Shown here in pieces: positions 47,762 to 56,276 of a DNA stretch of 64,000 nucleotides. Made by a program: the position numbers and the translations under genes. The DNA is from Candidatus Latescibacterota bacterium. Lineage in GTDB: Bacteria; Latescibacterota; UBA2968; UBA8231. Positions within the stretch are counted from its first letter, which is position 1. Every line of letters begins with the position of its first letter. The notes under the pieces were generated by a model. The model was not told the origin of the DNA, searched no databases, and saw nothing but the letters and a program-made list of their open reading frames with translations. Location of the stretch: positions 4,992,001 through 5,056,000 of the forward strand of contig OZ241867.1 in assembly GCA_965203175.1 (NCBI GenBank), given 5' to 3'.

Positions 47762-48625
47762 ATGCCAAAGCTAAACATTGTCGGTGCCGGTACGCCCACC
47801 CCCACTCGCGACCGCTGGGGCACCTGTTTCATCCTAGATATCTGCGACCAGCGGCTGATGATCGACTGCGGCCCCGCATCGACCTTTAAGATGCACCGCC
47901 TGGGCATCCCCTGCACCTCGGTACACAACCTGTTTTTCACCCACCTACACTCCGACCACATCTCCGATTATCTCTGCTTCCTGATGACGCGCTTCGACCA
48001 GTGCATCGGCACCGAGCCAGATCTGCACGTTTACGGACCTCCCCCAATCAAACGCATCACCGACGGTATCTGGAGTCCCGATGGCCTCTTCTGGTACGAC
48101 GTGATCGCCCGCACCAATCATCCCATGAGCGTCCACGCCTACCAAATGCGCGGCGGCGTAGGAGAGTCCAGACCGGAACCGGTAGTCCACGCAGTCGAAT
48201 ACACCGAGGGGGAAGTAGCCGCAGGGGAAGGCTGGACCTGCTATGCACGCGAAGTCAAACACGCCCAGCCCTACATCGAATGCTACGGCTTCCGTTTCGA
48301 GACCGAAGAAGGCGTCGTCGCCTTCAGCGGCGATACCGCGCCGATCGAGTCCGTAGTCGAGCTAGCGCGGGATGCAGACCTATTCGTGATGGAGGCCGTG
48401 CATCGGGAGGAGAAGATCCAAACCTTCCCCAGCGTTATCTCCGAAACCGGCACCCTAAATGCCGGGCGCATGGCCGCCGAGGCTGGTGCCAAGCGCTTGG
48501 TAATCAACCACCAGTCAGTAACCCTCGATCCCGCAGAAGAGACCACCCAGGGAATCGCCGAGGTAAAAAGCGTCTTTGACGGGCCTATGTACTGGGCGCG
48601 GGACATGATGGAAGTGGCTTGGTGA
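47762..48625 (+). CDS. Metallo-beta-lactamase fold hydrolase (RNase Z/arylsulfatase-like)
   Basis: Motifs GAGTPTP, IDCG, THLHSDH, FSGDT and LVINH. Confidence 0.85.
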   Translation: MPKLNIVGAGTPTPTRDRWGTCFILDICDQRLMIDCGPASTFKMHRLGIPCTSVHNLFFTHLHSDHISDYLCFLMTRFDQCIGTEPDLHVYGPPPIKRITDGIWSPDGLFWYDVIARTNHPMSVHAYQMRGGVGESRPEPVVHAVEYTEGEVAAGEGWTCYAREVKHAQPYIECYGFRFETEEGVVAFSGDTAPIESVVELARDADLFVMEAVHREEKIQTFPSVISETGTLNAGRMAAEAGAKRLVINHQSVTLDPAEETTQGIAEVKSVFDGPMYWARDMMEVAW

Positions 48626-48638
48626 TCGGTTCAGGGTC

Positions 48639-49682
48639 ATGGCGTCCTTCCGCTTCGTCCGCCTCAACGCCACCATGTACCCAGCCGGCGAGCTGGAACA
48701 ATCGCTGTACGCCAAGTTCGGCATCGAACCTGAATACGTCGAGGAAGAAGACCCGCAGGAACTCATTCGCCATCTATCCGGCTGCGACGTCGTCGCCGTC
48801 ATCTCGACCGGATTGCCCGCGGTCGTGGTCGCATCGCTGGACCGCTGCCGCCTGATCTCTCGCCTCGGCAACGGTACCGATAAAATCGCCGTGGAAAAGG
48901 CCACGGAATGCGGCATCATCGTCTCCAATGCCCCTTTCTTCTGCGCCGAGGAAATGACCGACCACATCATGGCCATGCTGCTGTCCCTGGCCCGTCAACT
49001 GCCGAGGATGGAGCAGCTCATGCGCGCCGGCCGCTTCCGCCAAGCCCGCGCCGAGTCCACCCAATTGCAGCGGCTCTCCACCTGTGCGCTGGGCATTGTC
49101 GGCTTCGGAGCCACCGGCGAGATGGTCGCCCGCCGAGCTAGGGCCTTCGGCCTACGAGTCTTGGCCACGCGCAGGAACCTACAGGCACCCCTGCCAACGG
49201 GCTTAGACATCGAAATGGTGGACTTAGAAACGCTACTTGCCGAGTCCGACTTCGTCTCCTTGCAGGTGCCCCTGAACGCGGACACCTACCACATGTTCGA
49301 TGAAGAACTGTTGCGCAAGATGAAGCCGGGATCCTACCTAATCAACACGTCTCGCGGTGCCTTGGTAGATGAAGATGCGCTGGTGCGAGTACTGCGGGAG
49401 GGGCCATTAGCTGGTGCAGCACTAGATACCTACGAATGGCTCAACGTGTTCACGGACGAGGATCAGACCTTGCAGCATCCCCTCATGGAGTTAGACAACG
49501 TCCTGATGACCTCTCACGTCTCCGCTCACTCAGTGCAGTCGGGCGAAGACGTGGCGCGCACTGGCGTCTGCAATCTGGTCTCCGTCCTCAAGGGCCACTG
49601 GCCAGCGCCGGAAAACATCGTCAACCAAGGTGTGGTGCCGAGGTATCCACTAAAACCGCACGATGCGGAACTATACGCGTAA
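48639..49682 (+). CDS. D-2-hydroxyacid dehydrogenase (CtBP-like)
   Basis: Motifs GIVGFGATG, MKPGSYLINTSRGALVDE, AALD and TSHVS. Confidence 0.9.
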   Translation: MASFRFVRLNATMYPAGELEQSLYAKFGIEPEYVEEEDPQELIRHLSGCDVVAVISTGLPAVVVASLDRCRLISRLGNGTDKIAVEKATECGIIVSNAPFFCAEEMTDHIMAMLLSLARQLPRMEQLMRAGRFRQARAESTQLQRLSTCALGIVGFGATGEMVARRARAFGLRVLATRRNLQAPLPTGLDIEMVDLETLLAESDFVSLQVPLNADTYHMFDEELLRKMKPGSYLINTSRGALVDEDALVRVLREGPLAGAALDTYEWLNVFTDEDQTLQHPLMELDNVLMTSHVSAHSVQSGEDVARTGVCNLVSVLKGHWPAPENIVNQGVVPRYPLKPHDAELYA

Positions 49683-49715
49683 GGCGCGAACACCGTCCCC
49701 AAAGAAAGGAATCCC

Positions 49716-50507
49716 ATGTCTCCACAACGCGTCATCCTCTTTGTCCTCGACGGCCTGCGGCCCGACGGCTTGCAACAGGCCCCCACCCCCCACGTCGATC
49801 GCTTGATCAGCCAGGGTGCCAGCACCTATACGGCCCGCACCGTAATGCCCTCGTCCACCTTGCCCTGCCACACCTCCATGTTTCGCGGCGTGCCCCCACA
49901 ACGGCACGGCATCCTCACCAACACTTGGGTGCCCCAAGTCAGACCCGTGCCCAGCCTCGTCGACGTGCTGCACCAAGCTGGCAAGCGCACGGCCTTCTTC
50001 TACAATTGGGAGCAATTGCGCGATCTGGCCGACCCAGGCTCGTTGGACCGCTCGTACTATATGAACAATTGCCACGAGCCAAACGGAGATTTGGAATTGG
50101 CCAGCTTGGCCGCAGCGACCCTGAGGGAATGGACGCCCGATTTCGCCTTTGTCTATCTAGGCTGCACTGATATAGCCGGCCACAACCACGACTGGATGTC
50201 GGCCGAATATCTGGCCACTATTGGGCGGGCCGATACAGCCATTGGCGCAGTGCTGGAGGCGGTCAACCAAGAAGAGACCGTGGCCATCGTCACCAGCGAC
50301 CACGGGGGACACGAGCGCACCCACGGCACGGAAATGGACGAGGACATGACCATTCCGTGGGTAATCTCCGGTCCTGCGATATCCCCCGGACGGAGCTTAC
50401 AGGAGCCAGTGAGCATCATCGACAACCCGACGACTATTGCCGCTTTGCTCGAAGTGGCACCGGCGGAGGATTGGGCCGGACAAGTGGTGCGGGAAGCCCT
50501 CGCATAA
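49716..50507 (+). CDS. Alkaline phosphatase superfamily protein (nucleotide pyrophosphatase/phosphodiesterase-like)
   Basis: Motifs LDGLRPD, PSSTLPCH (Thr nucleophile), DIAGH, TSDHGG and HG. Confidence 0.85.
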   Translation: MSPQRVILFVLDGLRPDGLQQAPTPHVDRLISQGASTYTARTVMPSSTLPCHTSMFRGVPPQRHGILTNTWVPQVRPVPSLVDVLHQAGKRTAFFYNWEQLRDLADPGSLDRSYYMNNCHEPNGDLELASLAAATLREWTPDFAFVYLGCTDIAGHNHDWMSAEYLATIGRADTAIGAVLEAVNQEETVAIVTSDHGGHERTHGTEMDEDMTIPWVISGPAISPGRSLQEPVSIIDNPTTIAALLEVAPAEDWAGQVVREALA

Positions 50508-50517
50508 CAAACTAATC

Positions 50518-52518
50518 TCAGCGGTAAAAGGGCGGCGGCCTCAGCAGACACTTGATGACGTGGGTGCCGGCACTCATGTAGAGCACGCCGGGATTCCCTT
50601 CGGTCAGGGCGTAGAGCTCGGGCAGGGGCGGATCGTTGAGATAGGTCAGGACGCAGGACGAGCCATCTATGCGAAACAGGTCAAAGCGCGTCAGGCCGTA
50701 GATAAAGCCGTCAGAAGCGCAGATCAGCGGAAACATCTCCACCCCTTCGGGCACGCCCATCAACCGAGTACCCTCCGAGCGCAAAGGACCTATCACTTCT
50801 TCTACGACAAACCGCTCCGGGTCGAAAACGAACAAGCGGCGGTTGTCCGTGGTGCCAAAAACCAGCCCCGAGGGATGGACGGCCAAGCTGGTGATCGTGT
50901 TGGCCCCTTCGACCGGACGCAGTTGGCAAATGCGCTGTTTCGTCTGGGGGTCAAAGACGAATAACAGGCCGTCGCGGGTGGTGATTTCCGAGCCGCGTCC
51001 CCCGTAAATGCTGGTGCCACCGTACACATAGCGCTGATCCGCGGCCACGCACTGCACGCTTTGTTCGGGGTCAAGGTAGATTTCCCTATCGTCGAGACCG
51101 GTTGCGGGATCGTACGAAGCCAAGGAGCCGCCGGGAATGCCATAATTGCTGCGGTTGGCCACGTAAATGCGGCCGTCGGGGCCGGTCACCACCTCAAAGG
51201 GTCGGTTCTGGTTTTGGCCCAACGGACCCCAGTTGCGCGGATTGCTGTCGCCCTCCGAGCCGGGGTTCCATGGCTGACTGGGATCGTACACGCCGATGTT
51301 GGAGCCGCCGTAGCTACCGACGTAGAGCTTGTCTTTGTGAGCGTGGACGTGGTAGAGTTCGCCGCCAGACCAAGTGTACCCCAAATCCGCTATGGCATCG
51401 GTATCGGGATCTATGGCGCACAGATGCATGCCGTAAATATTGGTGCCGTAGATTTTGCCCTCCGGCCCTCTACCCAAGGCGCACACCGCACTCCCACGGC
51501 TGCCTTGATAGGCTTCAAAACTGCGTTCTTCCCGGTCGCCGGTGTCGGGAGCGACGATAGTGGCGCAGCCCTCCTCGACTTGGGCGAAGACCAAATGGCC
51601 GTCTTTGCTCAGCCCCGATATGCCGGTGAAAGGACCTTGGCAAATGGGGCGAATGTCCAATGTATCGGCGTCGATGGCGACCAATTGCTCCTCAGCCCAG
51701 GCGTACACCACCCCGCGATCACTGGCGCGGCTGTTGCGACCCAGGGCTAAGGGCGCGAGCGCCGCGCTAGGGCTGTCGAGTCGGGCCACTTCAGTAAAAT
51801 CGGCGCTGAGGACACGCACTTGCTCGCCAACCGCCAAAAACAGGCGACCCCCTTCGGATACAGCGCCGGCAATCCCCTCGGCTGCGGGCGGTACATCGCT
51901 CAGTTGACCGCTTTCCACATCGTAGATTTTGGCCGGGACGGCCGGATAGCCGCTGAGCAGCAGTCGGCCATCGGGCAGCAATTGGATATTCACTAGGCGA
52001 TCGGTAGGCGGAGCAAACGGGCGGCAGAGTTTGTCAAAGCACCGCTTTTGCGGGTCGTAGCAGAACAGCTCGGCCAGTTCGTGACCGCCCATGTACAACA
52101 GGCCGTCGCGCTCCTCCATGCACAGGAGGCGCTGATCGCCTGGAGCGGGACGCCCCAGACTGCTGAAGGTACGGGACTGGGCGTCAAAGACCATGAGATG
52201 GTGGCCGTGGTCAGCCGACAAGCCGGACATGATCAGGGCGTAAATGGTGCCATCTGCGGCCTGGAAGACGGGGCCGTGCTCGCGGCAGGGCATGGGAAAG
52301 ACTTCCAAGCTGCCAGTGTCGAGGTCATTGCAAAAGTAGTGAGCCCCGTCTTGGGAGAATTCGGCCCCCCAAGCCAAGGTGTGTCCATTGGCAGGGTCGT
52401 AGGTGATGGAAAAGCCGTTCCACACGGCACCGACAAAGGGGATGCCCAAGTCGTAATAGGCAACGCGCGGGTGTAGGGTCGGCGGCAAAGTGGGAGCGCG
52501 GGAGGTGAGCGGTTGCAT
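50518..52518 (-). CDS. Hypothetical (probably double) beta-propeller protein
   Basis: Repeated blades (DGTIY, LFCYDP, GPEGKIYG, GPDGRIY, LFVFDP). GGAG RBS; no signal peptide seen. Confidence 0.7.
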   Translation of the reverse strand: MQPLTSRAPTLPPTLHPRVAYYDLGIPFVGAVWNGFSITYDPANGHTLAWGAEFSQDGAHYFCNDLDTGSLEVFPMPCREHGPVFQAADGTIYALIMSGLSADHGHHLMVFDAQSRTFSSLGRPAPGDQRLLCMEERDGLLYMGGHELAELFCYDPQKRCFDKLCRPFAPPTDRLVNIQLLPDGRLLLSGYPAVPAKIYDVESGQLSDVPPAAEGIAGAVSEGGRLFLAVGEQVRVLSADFTEVARLDSPSAALAPLALGRNSRASDRGVVYAWAEEQLVAIDADTLDIRPICQGPFTGISGLSKDGHLVFAQVEEGCATIVAPDTGDREERSFEAYQGSRGSAVCALGRGPEGKIYGTNIYGMHLCAIDPDTDAIADLGYTWSGGELYHVHAHKDKLYVGSYGGSNIGVYDPSQPWNPGSEGDSNPRNWGPLGQNQNRPFEVVTGPDGRIYVANRSNYGIPGGSLASYDPATGLDDREIYLDPEQSVQCVAADQRYVYGGTSIYGGRGSEITTRDGLLFVFDPQTKQRICQLRPVEGANTITSLAVHPSGLVFGTTDNRRLFVFDPERFVVEEVIGPLRSEGTRLMGVPEGVEMFPLICASDGFIYGLTRFDLFRIDGSSCVLTYLNDPPLPELYALTEGNPGVLYMSAGTHVIKCLLRPPPFYR

Positions 52519-52594
52519 GGAGGCTCCTGCTGTTTGCGGATGGCGAGATTGGTCGGCCTCAAAAAACTGTCAAAATCCCTCACAAGTCCACCCC

Positions 52595-52630
52595 AAAGTC
52601 CGCATTTCCGTGATCGGCACCGGTGGACGA
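52595..52630 (+). pseudogene. Remnant of a Gfo/Idh/MocA N-terminus
   Basis: This intergenic stretch translates to KVRISVIGTGGR, similar to VQVALIGTGNR of 24072-25352. Confidence 0.4.
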
Positions 52631-52760
52631 ACCTCAGCGCCTACTGTTGCAAACGAATGCGAACGAACTTGACCCACGACCAGCAAAGTTCCTTTATTTT
52701 CTTTAGCTATCCCGACCACATGCTGAGCCTTTCCAGCAAAAAGAAGCTAGCGGTAACTGT

Positions 52761-54050
52761 ATGAGAGCAATGACGCGGCGATCGCTGCTCCGTGTCGGCC
52801 TTACCGGTTGCTTGGTCGCCCCTTGGTGGCACGCAGTGCGGGCCTTTGCCGCCCGCCCCGCCGAGCTACCGACGAAATCTGGCGTGACCGATACCGAGAT
52901 CATCCTCGGCACGTCCGCCGCTTTCTCCGGCCCCTCCCGAGGGTTGGGCATCGAACTCTATCGGGGAGCCGGTGCATATTTTACCCACGTCAATCAGCAA
53001 GGTGGCATAGCCGGCCGCACCGTACAGGTCAAAGCCTACGACGATGGCTACCAGCCCGGCCCTTCGGTCAAAAACACCATGAAGCTGATGCTCGACGATC
53101 AGGTGTTTTTGCTGTTCGGTTACGTTGGCACGCCGACGGTGACGCGCGTGTTGCCCATCCTCAAAAAATTCCAAGACCGAAACATCCTGCTGTTCTTCCC
53201 CTTCACTGGCGCGCAACCCCAGCGCGAACCGCCCTATGGTGCCTTCGCCTTTAACCTGCGCGCCTCCTACCGCCAAGAAACGGCTGGGCTAGTCGATAAT
53301 TTCTTGCGCGTCAATCGCCGACGCATTGCCGTGTTCTATCAAGCCGATGCGTACGGCCGCAGCGGCTGGGCCGGCGTGCGCAGCGCCCTGAAAAAGCACG
53401 GCGAGCAAATCGTCGGCGAGGCCACGTACCGGCGCGGCGAACGGTTCACTGGCACGATGCGCAAACAGGTTGAAATCCTCAAGGAAGCCAAGCCCGAAGC
53501 AGTAATCTGCATCGGCGCCTATGCAGCCTGCGCGGCCTTTGCCCGCGATGCAGTCGATCTCGGCCTGCAAGTACCCTTTGCCAACCTGTCCTTTGTCGGC
53601 AGCGAAAACCTCCTCAAGCTGCTCACCGAGGGGCGCGACGACAGCCAGCGCTATACGCAATGGCTGGTAAACTCCCAAGTGGTGCCCAGTTACGAAGACA
53701 CGTCCATACCCGCAGTCCAAGAGTACCGCGACTTGATGACTCGCTACGCCCCACAGCCGCCAGCAGAACTGTTAAAAGACCCCTATACGCCCTTTGACCA
53801 CAGCTTCGTCAGTCTCGAAGGCTTTCTCAACGCCAAGTTGCTAGTCGAAATTTTGCACCGCCTCGGTGCCGAGCCGCAGCGCCACCAACTCGAAGACGCG
53901 GTGTTCTCCGTCGCGGACTTCGATCTGGGCATCGGCGAACAGGTCTCCTTTGGTGCCGACCGCCGCCAAGGTCTCCAGCGAGTGTACTACACGGTGGTCG
54001 ATGCAGGTCGTTTTGTCCCTCTGGACGATTGGCGCGCTAGGTTTGCATGA
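52761..54050 (+). CDS. Tat-exported type I periplasmic binding protein (LIV-BP-like)
   Basis: MTRRSLL twin-arginine signal. Motifs GVTDTEIILG, VNQQGGIAGR, YDDGYQP, GYVGTPT, NLRASY and DAYG. Confidence 0.9.
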   Translation: MRAMTRRSLLRVGLTGCLVAPWWHAVRAFAARPAELPTKSGVTDTEIILGTSAAFSGPSRGLGIELYRGAGAYFTHVNQQGGIAGRTVQVKAYDDGYQPGPSVKNTMKLMLDDQVFLLFGYVGTPTVTRVLPILKKFQDRNILLFFPFTGAQPQREPPYGAFAFNLRASYRQETAGLVDNFLRVNRRRIAVFYQADAYGRSGWAGVRSALKKHGEQIVGEATYRRGERFTGTMRKQVEILKEAKPEAVICIGAYAACAAFARDAVDLGLQVPFANLSFVGSENLLKLLTEGRDDSQRYTQWLVNSQVVPSYEDTSIPAVQEYRDLMTRYAPQPPAELLKDPYTPFDHSFVSLEGFLNAKLLVEILHRLGAEPQRHQLEDAVFSVADFDLGIGEQVSFGADRRQGLQRVYYTVVDAGRFVPLDDWRARFA

Positions 54051-54772
54051 TGGTGATAAAAGTCCAAAAGCTCTTTAAGAAAACGCTGTTCGGCGTCTTT
54101 GCCCTATTTGGCTTGATCGGCCTATCGACCTCCATTCTGTGCGTCTATACGGTCGATACGCACCTGTCGGCCGAATACGAGAGCAACAGCCGCGACATTG
54201 CCAAGACCATCGCCGATTCCAGCGTCGATATTCTCTTAAATCGCGACTTGTCAGCTTTGCAGTCGCTCATTGATCAGTTCGTCGAGATTCAGGGCATCAA
54301 GTACATCTACATCACCGACGAATCCGGCGAGTTCCTCGCCCACACCTTTGTACCGGGCATTCCCGCAGAAATTCGCGCCAGCGATCCGTTTAATATGGAA
54401 ACAGTGGAGCGCAGCCTGCCCGGGATGGGCGATTTTGTCGAAGTGGGCAGCCCGATTCTCGCCGGCGTTGCCGGGACGGTTCACGTGGGCATGGACACCG
54501 GTTTGATTGCGCTAAAAATTCAACGCGCAATCGGCCAGCAGGTGTACCTCTTCTCCATCATCCTCGTCGTCGGCGTTTTTGCCGCCATCTGGTTGGTCAA
54601 TCTGGCGGCTAAGCCAATGGGCGCGCTCTTGGGCTACGCCGTGGGCGTGGCGCGCGATGAGAAGCCCACCGACGACAACCTGCTGGCGCGCGACGACGAA
54701 GCTGGACACCTAGCTCGACTCTTCCTCTACGTTGCCGACAAAGGCCAGCGCACGCCCGAAAGCGCAGAGTAG
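54047..54772 (+). CDS. Two-TM sensor-like membrane protein with a degenerate HAMP and no output domain
   Basis: TM, periplasmic domain (YIYITDESGEFLAHTF...GTVHVGM), TM, then HAMP-like KPMGALL...DEAGHLA and stop. ATGA overlap with the binding protein. Confidence 0.75.
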   Translation: MMVIKVQKLFKKTLFGVFALFGLIGLSTSILCVYTVDTHLSAEYESNSRDIAKTIADSSVDILLNRDLSALQSLIDQFVEIQGIKYIYITDESGEFLAHTFVPGIPAEIRASDPFNMETVERSLPGMGDFVEVGSPILAGVAGTVHVGMDTGLIALKIQRAIGQQVYLFSIILVVGVFAAIWLVNLAAKPMGALLGYAVGVARDEKPTDDNLLARDDEAGHLARLFLYVADKGQRTPESAE

Positions 54773-54820
54773 ATTGCGCAGCGAGACTAGCGAGTGCTTG
54801 GCGATTGAGGTCTAGGGAAC

Positions 54821-56134
54821 ATGGCGCAACAAAGAGTACTAATTCCGCGCTCGCTTATGGCGCTGTTCTGCACGGTCCTGCAGGTCTGTTTTGGGACGGT
54901 GTACGCGTGGAGTTTCTTCCAGACGCTCTTGGTGCGGCAATTGGGTTGGTCGTTCACGGAAACGGCTTGGGCTTTTAGCCTGACGATTCTTTCGCTCGGC
55001 ACTTCGGCGGCTTGGGCGGGCGTGCTGCTGCCGAGGGTCGGACCGCGGTGCTTGGCTGTGACCGGCAGCATCATGTTCTCGGTCGGCTATGTGCTGGCGA
55101 GTCTGGCGCTAAAGTGGGACATGCTCGCGCTGTTCTACGTGGGGTACGGCGTCATCGGAGGAGCGGGCATCGGGCTGGGCTACGTCACGCCCGTGGCGAC
55201 GGTGGCCAAGTGGTTCCCGGACAAGAAGGGCTTGGCCACCGGCATCGTCGTGATGGGGTTCGGAGTAGGTGCCTTTCTGTTGAGCAAGGGTTTGGCACCT
55301 CTGCTCGTATCCCACCTAGCAGGCGATCTGTCCCATGTCTTCCTAGGTCTCGGGGTGGTCTTCGCCTGTGTCCTGATCCCCTGTAGCTTGCTGCTGAGCA
55401 ATCCCCCGGCGGCCGCTGAAGCGGTTGCCGAACAAACGCCCGCCGACGAGTCCGACTCGGCGGCACCGTATCTGCGCTCCTCTGAGTTCGCCCTCATGTG
55501 GATCGTCTTCTTCTTCAACATCGCCGCCGGCATCTCCGTCATCAGCTTTCAGTCGGAACTACTCCAGGAAGTCTGGGGCCTAGCCGATCCAACCGTAGAA
55601 CCGGCGACGCTGGCCGAGTACGGGGCCACGCTGATCGCCATCAGTTCGCTGTGCAATGGCGTGGGCCGGCTGTTTTGGGGATTGCTCTCGGATCGGCTGG
55701 GGCGCGTCAAGGTTTTCAGAATTCTGCTCGCCAGCCAGATGGTCGTGTTTGGCATTTTGATGACCGAGCGCAATCCCTATGTCTTTTCGGTTCTCGTTTG
55801 TTACATCCTCCTGTGCTTTGGCGGCGGCTTTGCCACCATGCCCTCTTTTGTGCTCGATGTTTTTGGCCCGCAAAAGATGTCGACGATCTACGGGACCATT
55901 TTGACGGCTTGGGCAGCAGCGGGGATTTGCGGGCCGCTGTACGTGGGGTATCTGAAGGACCAATACCCCGACCGGGCGTTCATCTATTGCTTCCTGATCG
56001 GCATTCTGATGCTTGGGCTTGGCTACGTATTCTCCTATTTGCTGAGCGACGATCGCATTCGTCTCCGTCGGCCGACCCTAGAGGATACGCTGCGTCAGTA
56101 TGGCATTTTGCCCGTGGAACAAGGTGTACGTTGA
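54821..56134 (+). CDS. OFA (oxalate/formate antiporter) family MFS transporter
   Basis: Motifs GTVYAWS, GLGYVTPVATVAKWFPDKKGLATG, NGVGRLFWG.LSDRLGR and YGTILTAW. Confidence 0.9.
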   Translation: MAQQRVLIPRSLMALFCTVLQVCFGTVYAWSFFQTLLVRQLGWSFTETAWAFSLTILSLGTSAAWAGVLLPRVGPRCLAVTGSIMFSVGYVLASLALKWDMLALFYVGYGVIGGAGIGLGYVTPVATVAKWFPDKKGLATGIVVMGFGVGAFLLSKGLAPLLVSHLAGDLSHVFLGLGVVFACVLIPCSLLLSNPPAAAEAVAEQTPADESDSAAPYLRSSEFALMWIVFFFNIAAGISVISFQSELLQEVWGLADPTVEPATLAEYGATLIAISSLCNGVGRLFWGLLSDRLGRVKVFRILLASQMVVFGILMTERNPYVFSVLVCYILLCFGGGFATMPSFVLDVFGPQKMSTIYGTILTAWAAAGICGPLYVGYLKDQYPDRAFIYCFLIGILMLGLGYVFSYLLSDDRIRLRRPTLEDTLRQYGILPVEQGVR

Positions 56135-56276
56135 TACCTCAATGTGACTGCGTGGTGGCCGCCCGAACTCGCTGTGCGGACTTGCGGTTAGCAGTTGCTC
56201 TTCCCCCCTTTTTTCTATATATCCCATAAGTAAGCCTGTCGAAGATTACTCACACCGCCCGAAGGGGATCGTCCAG

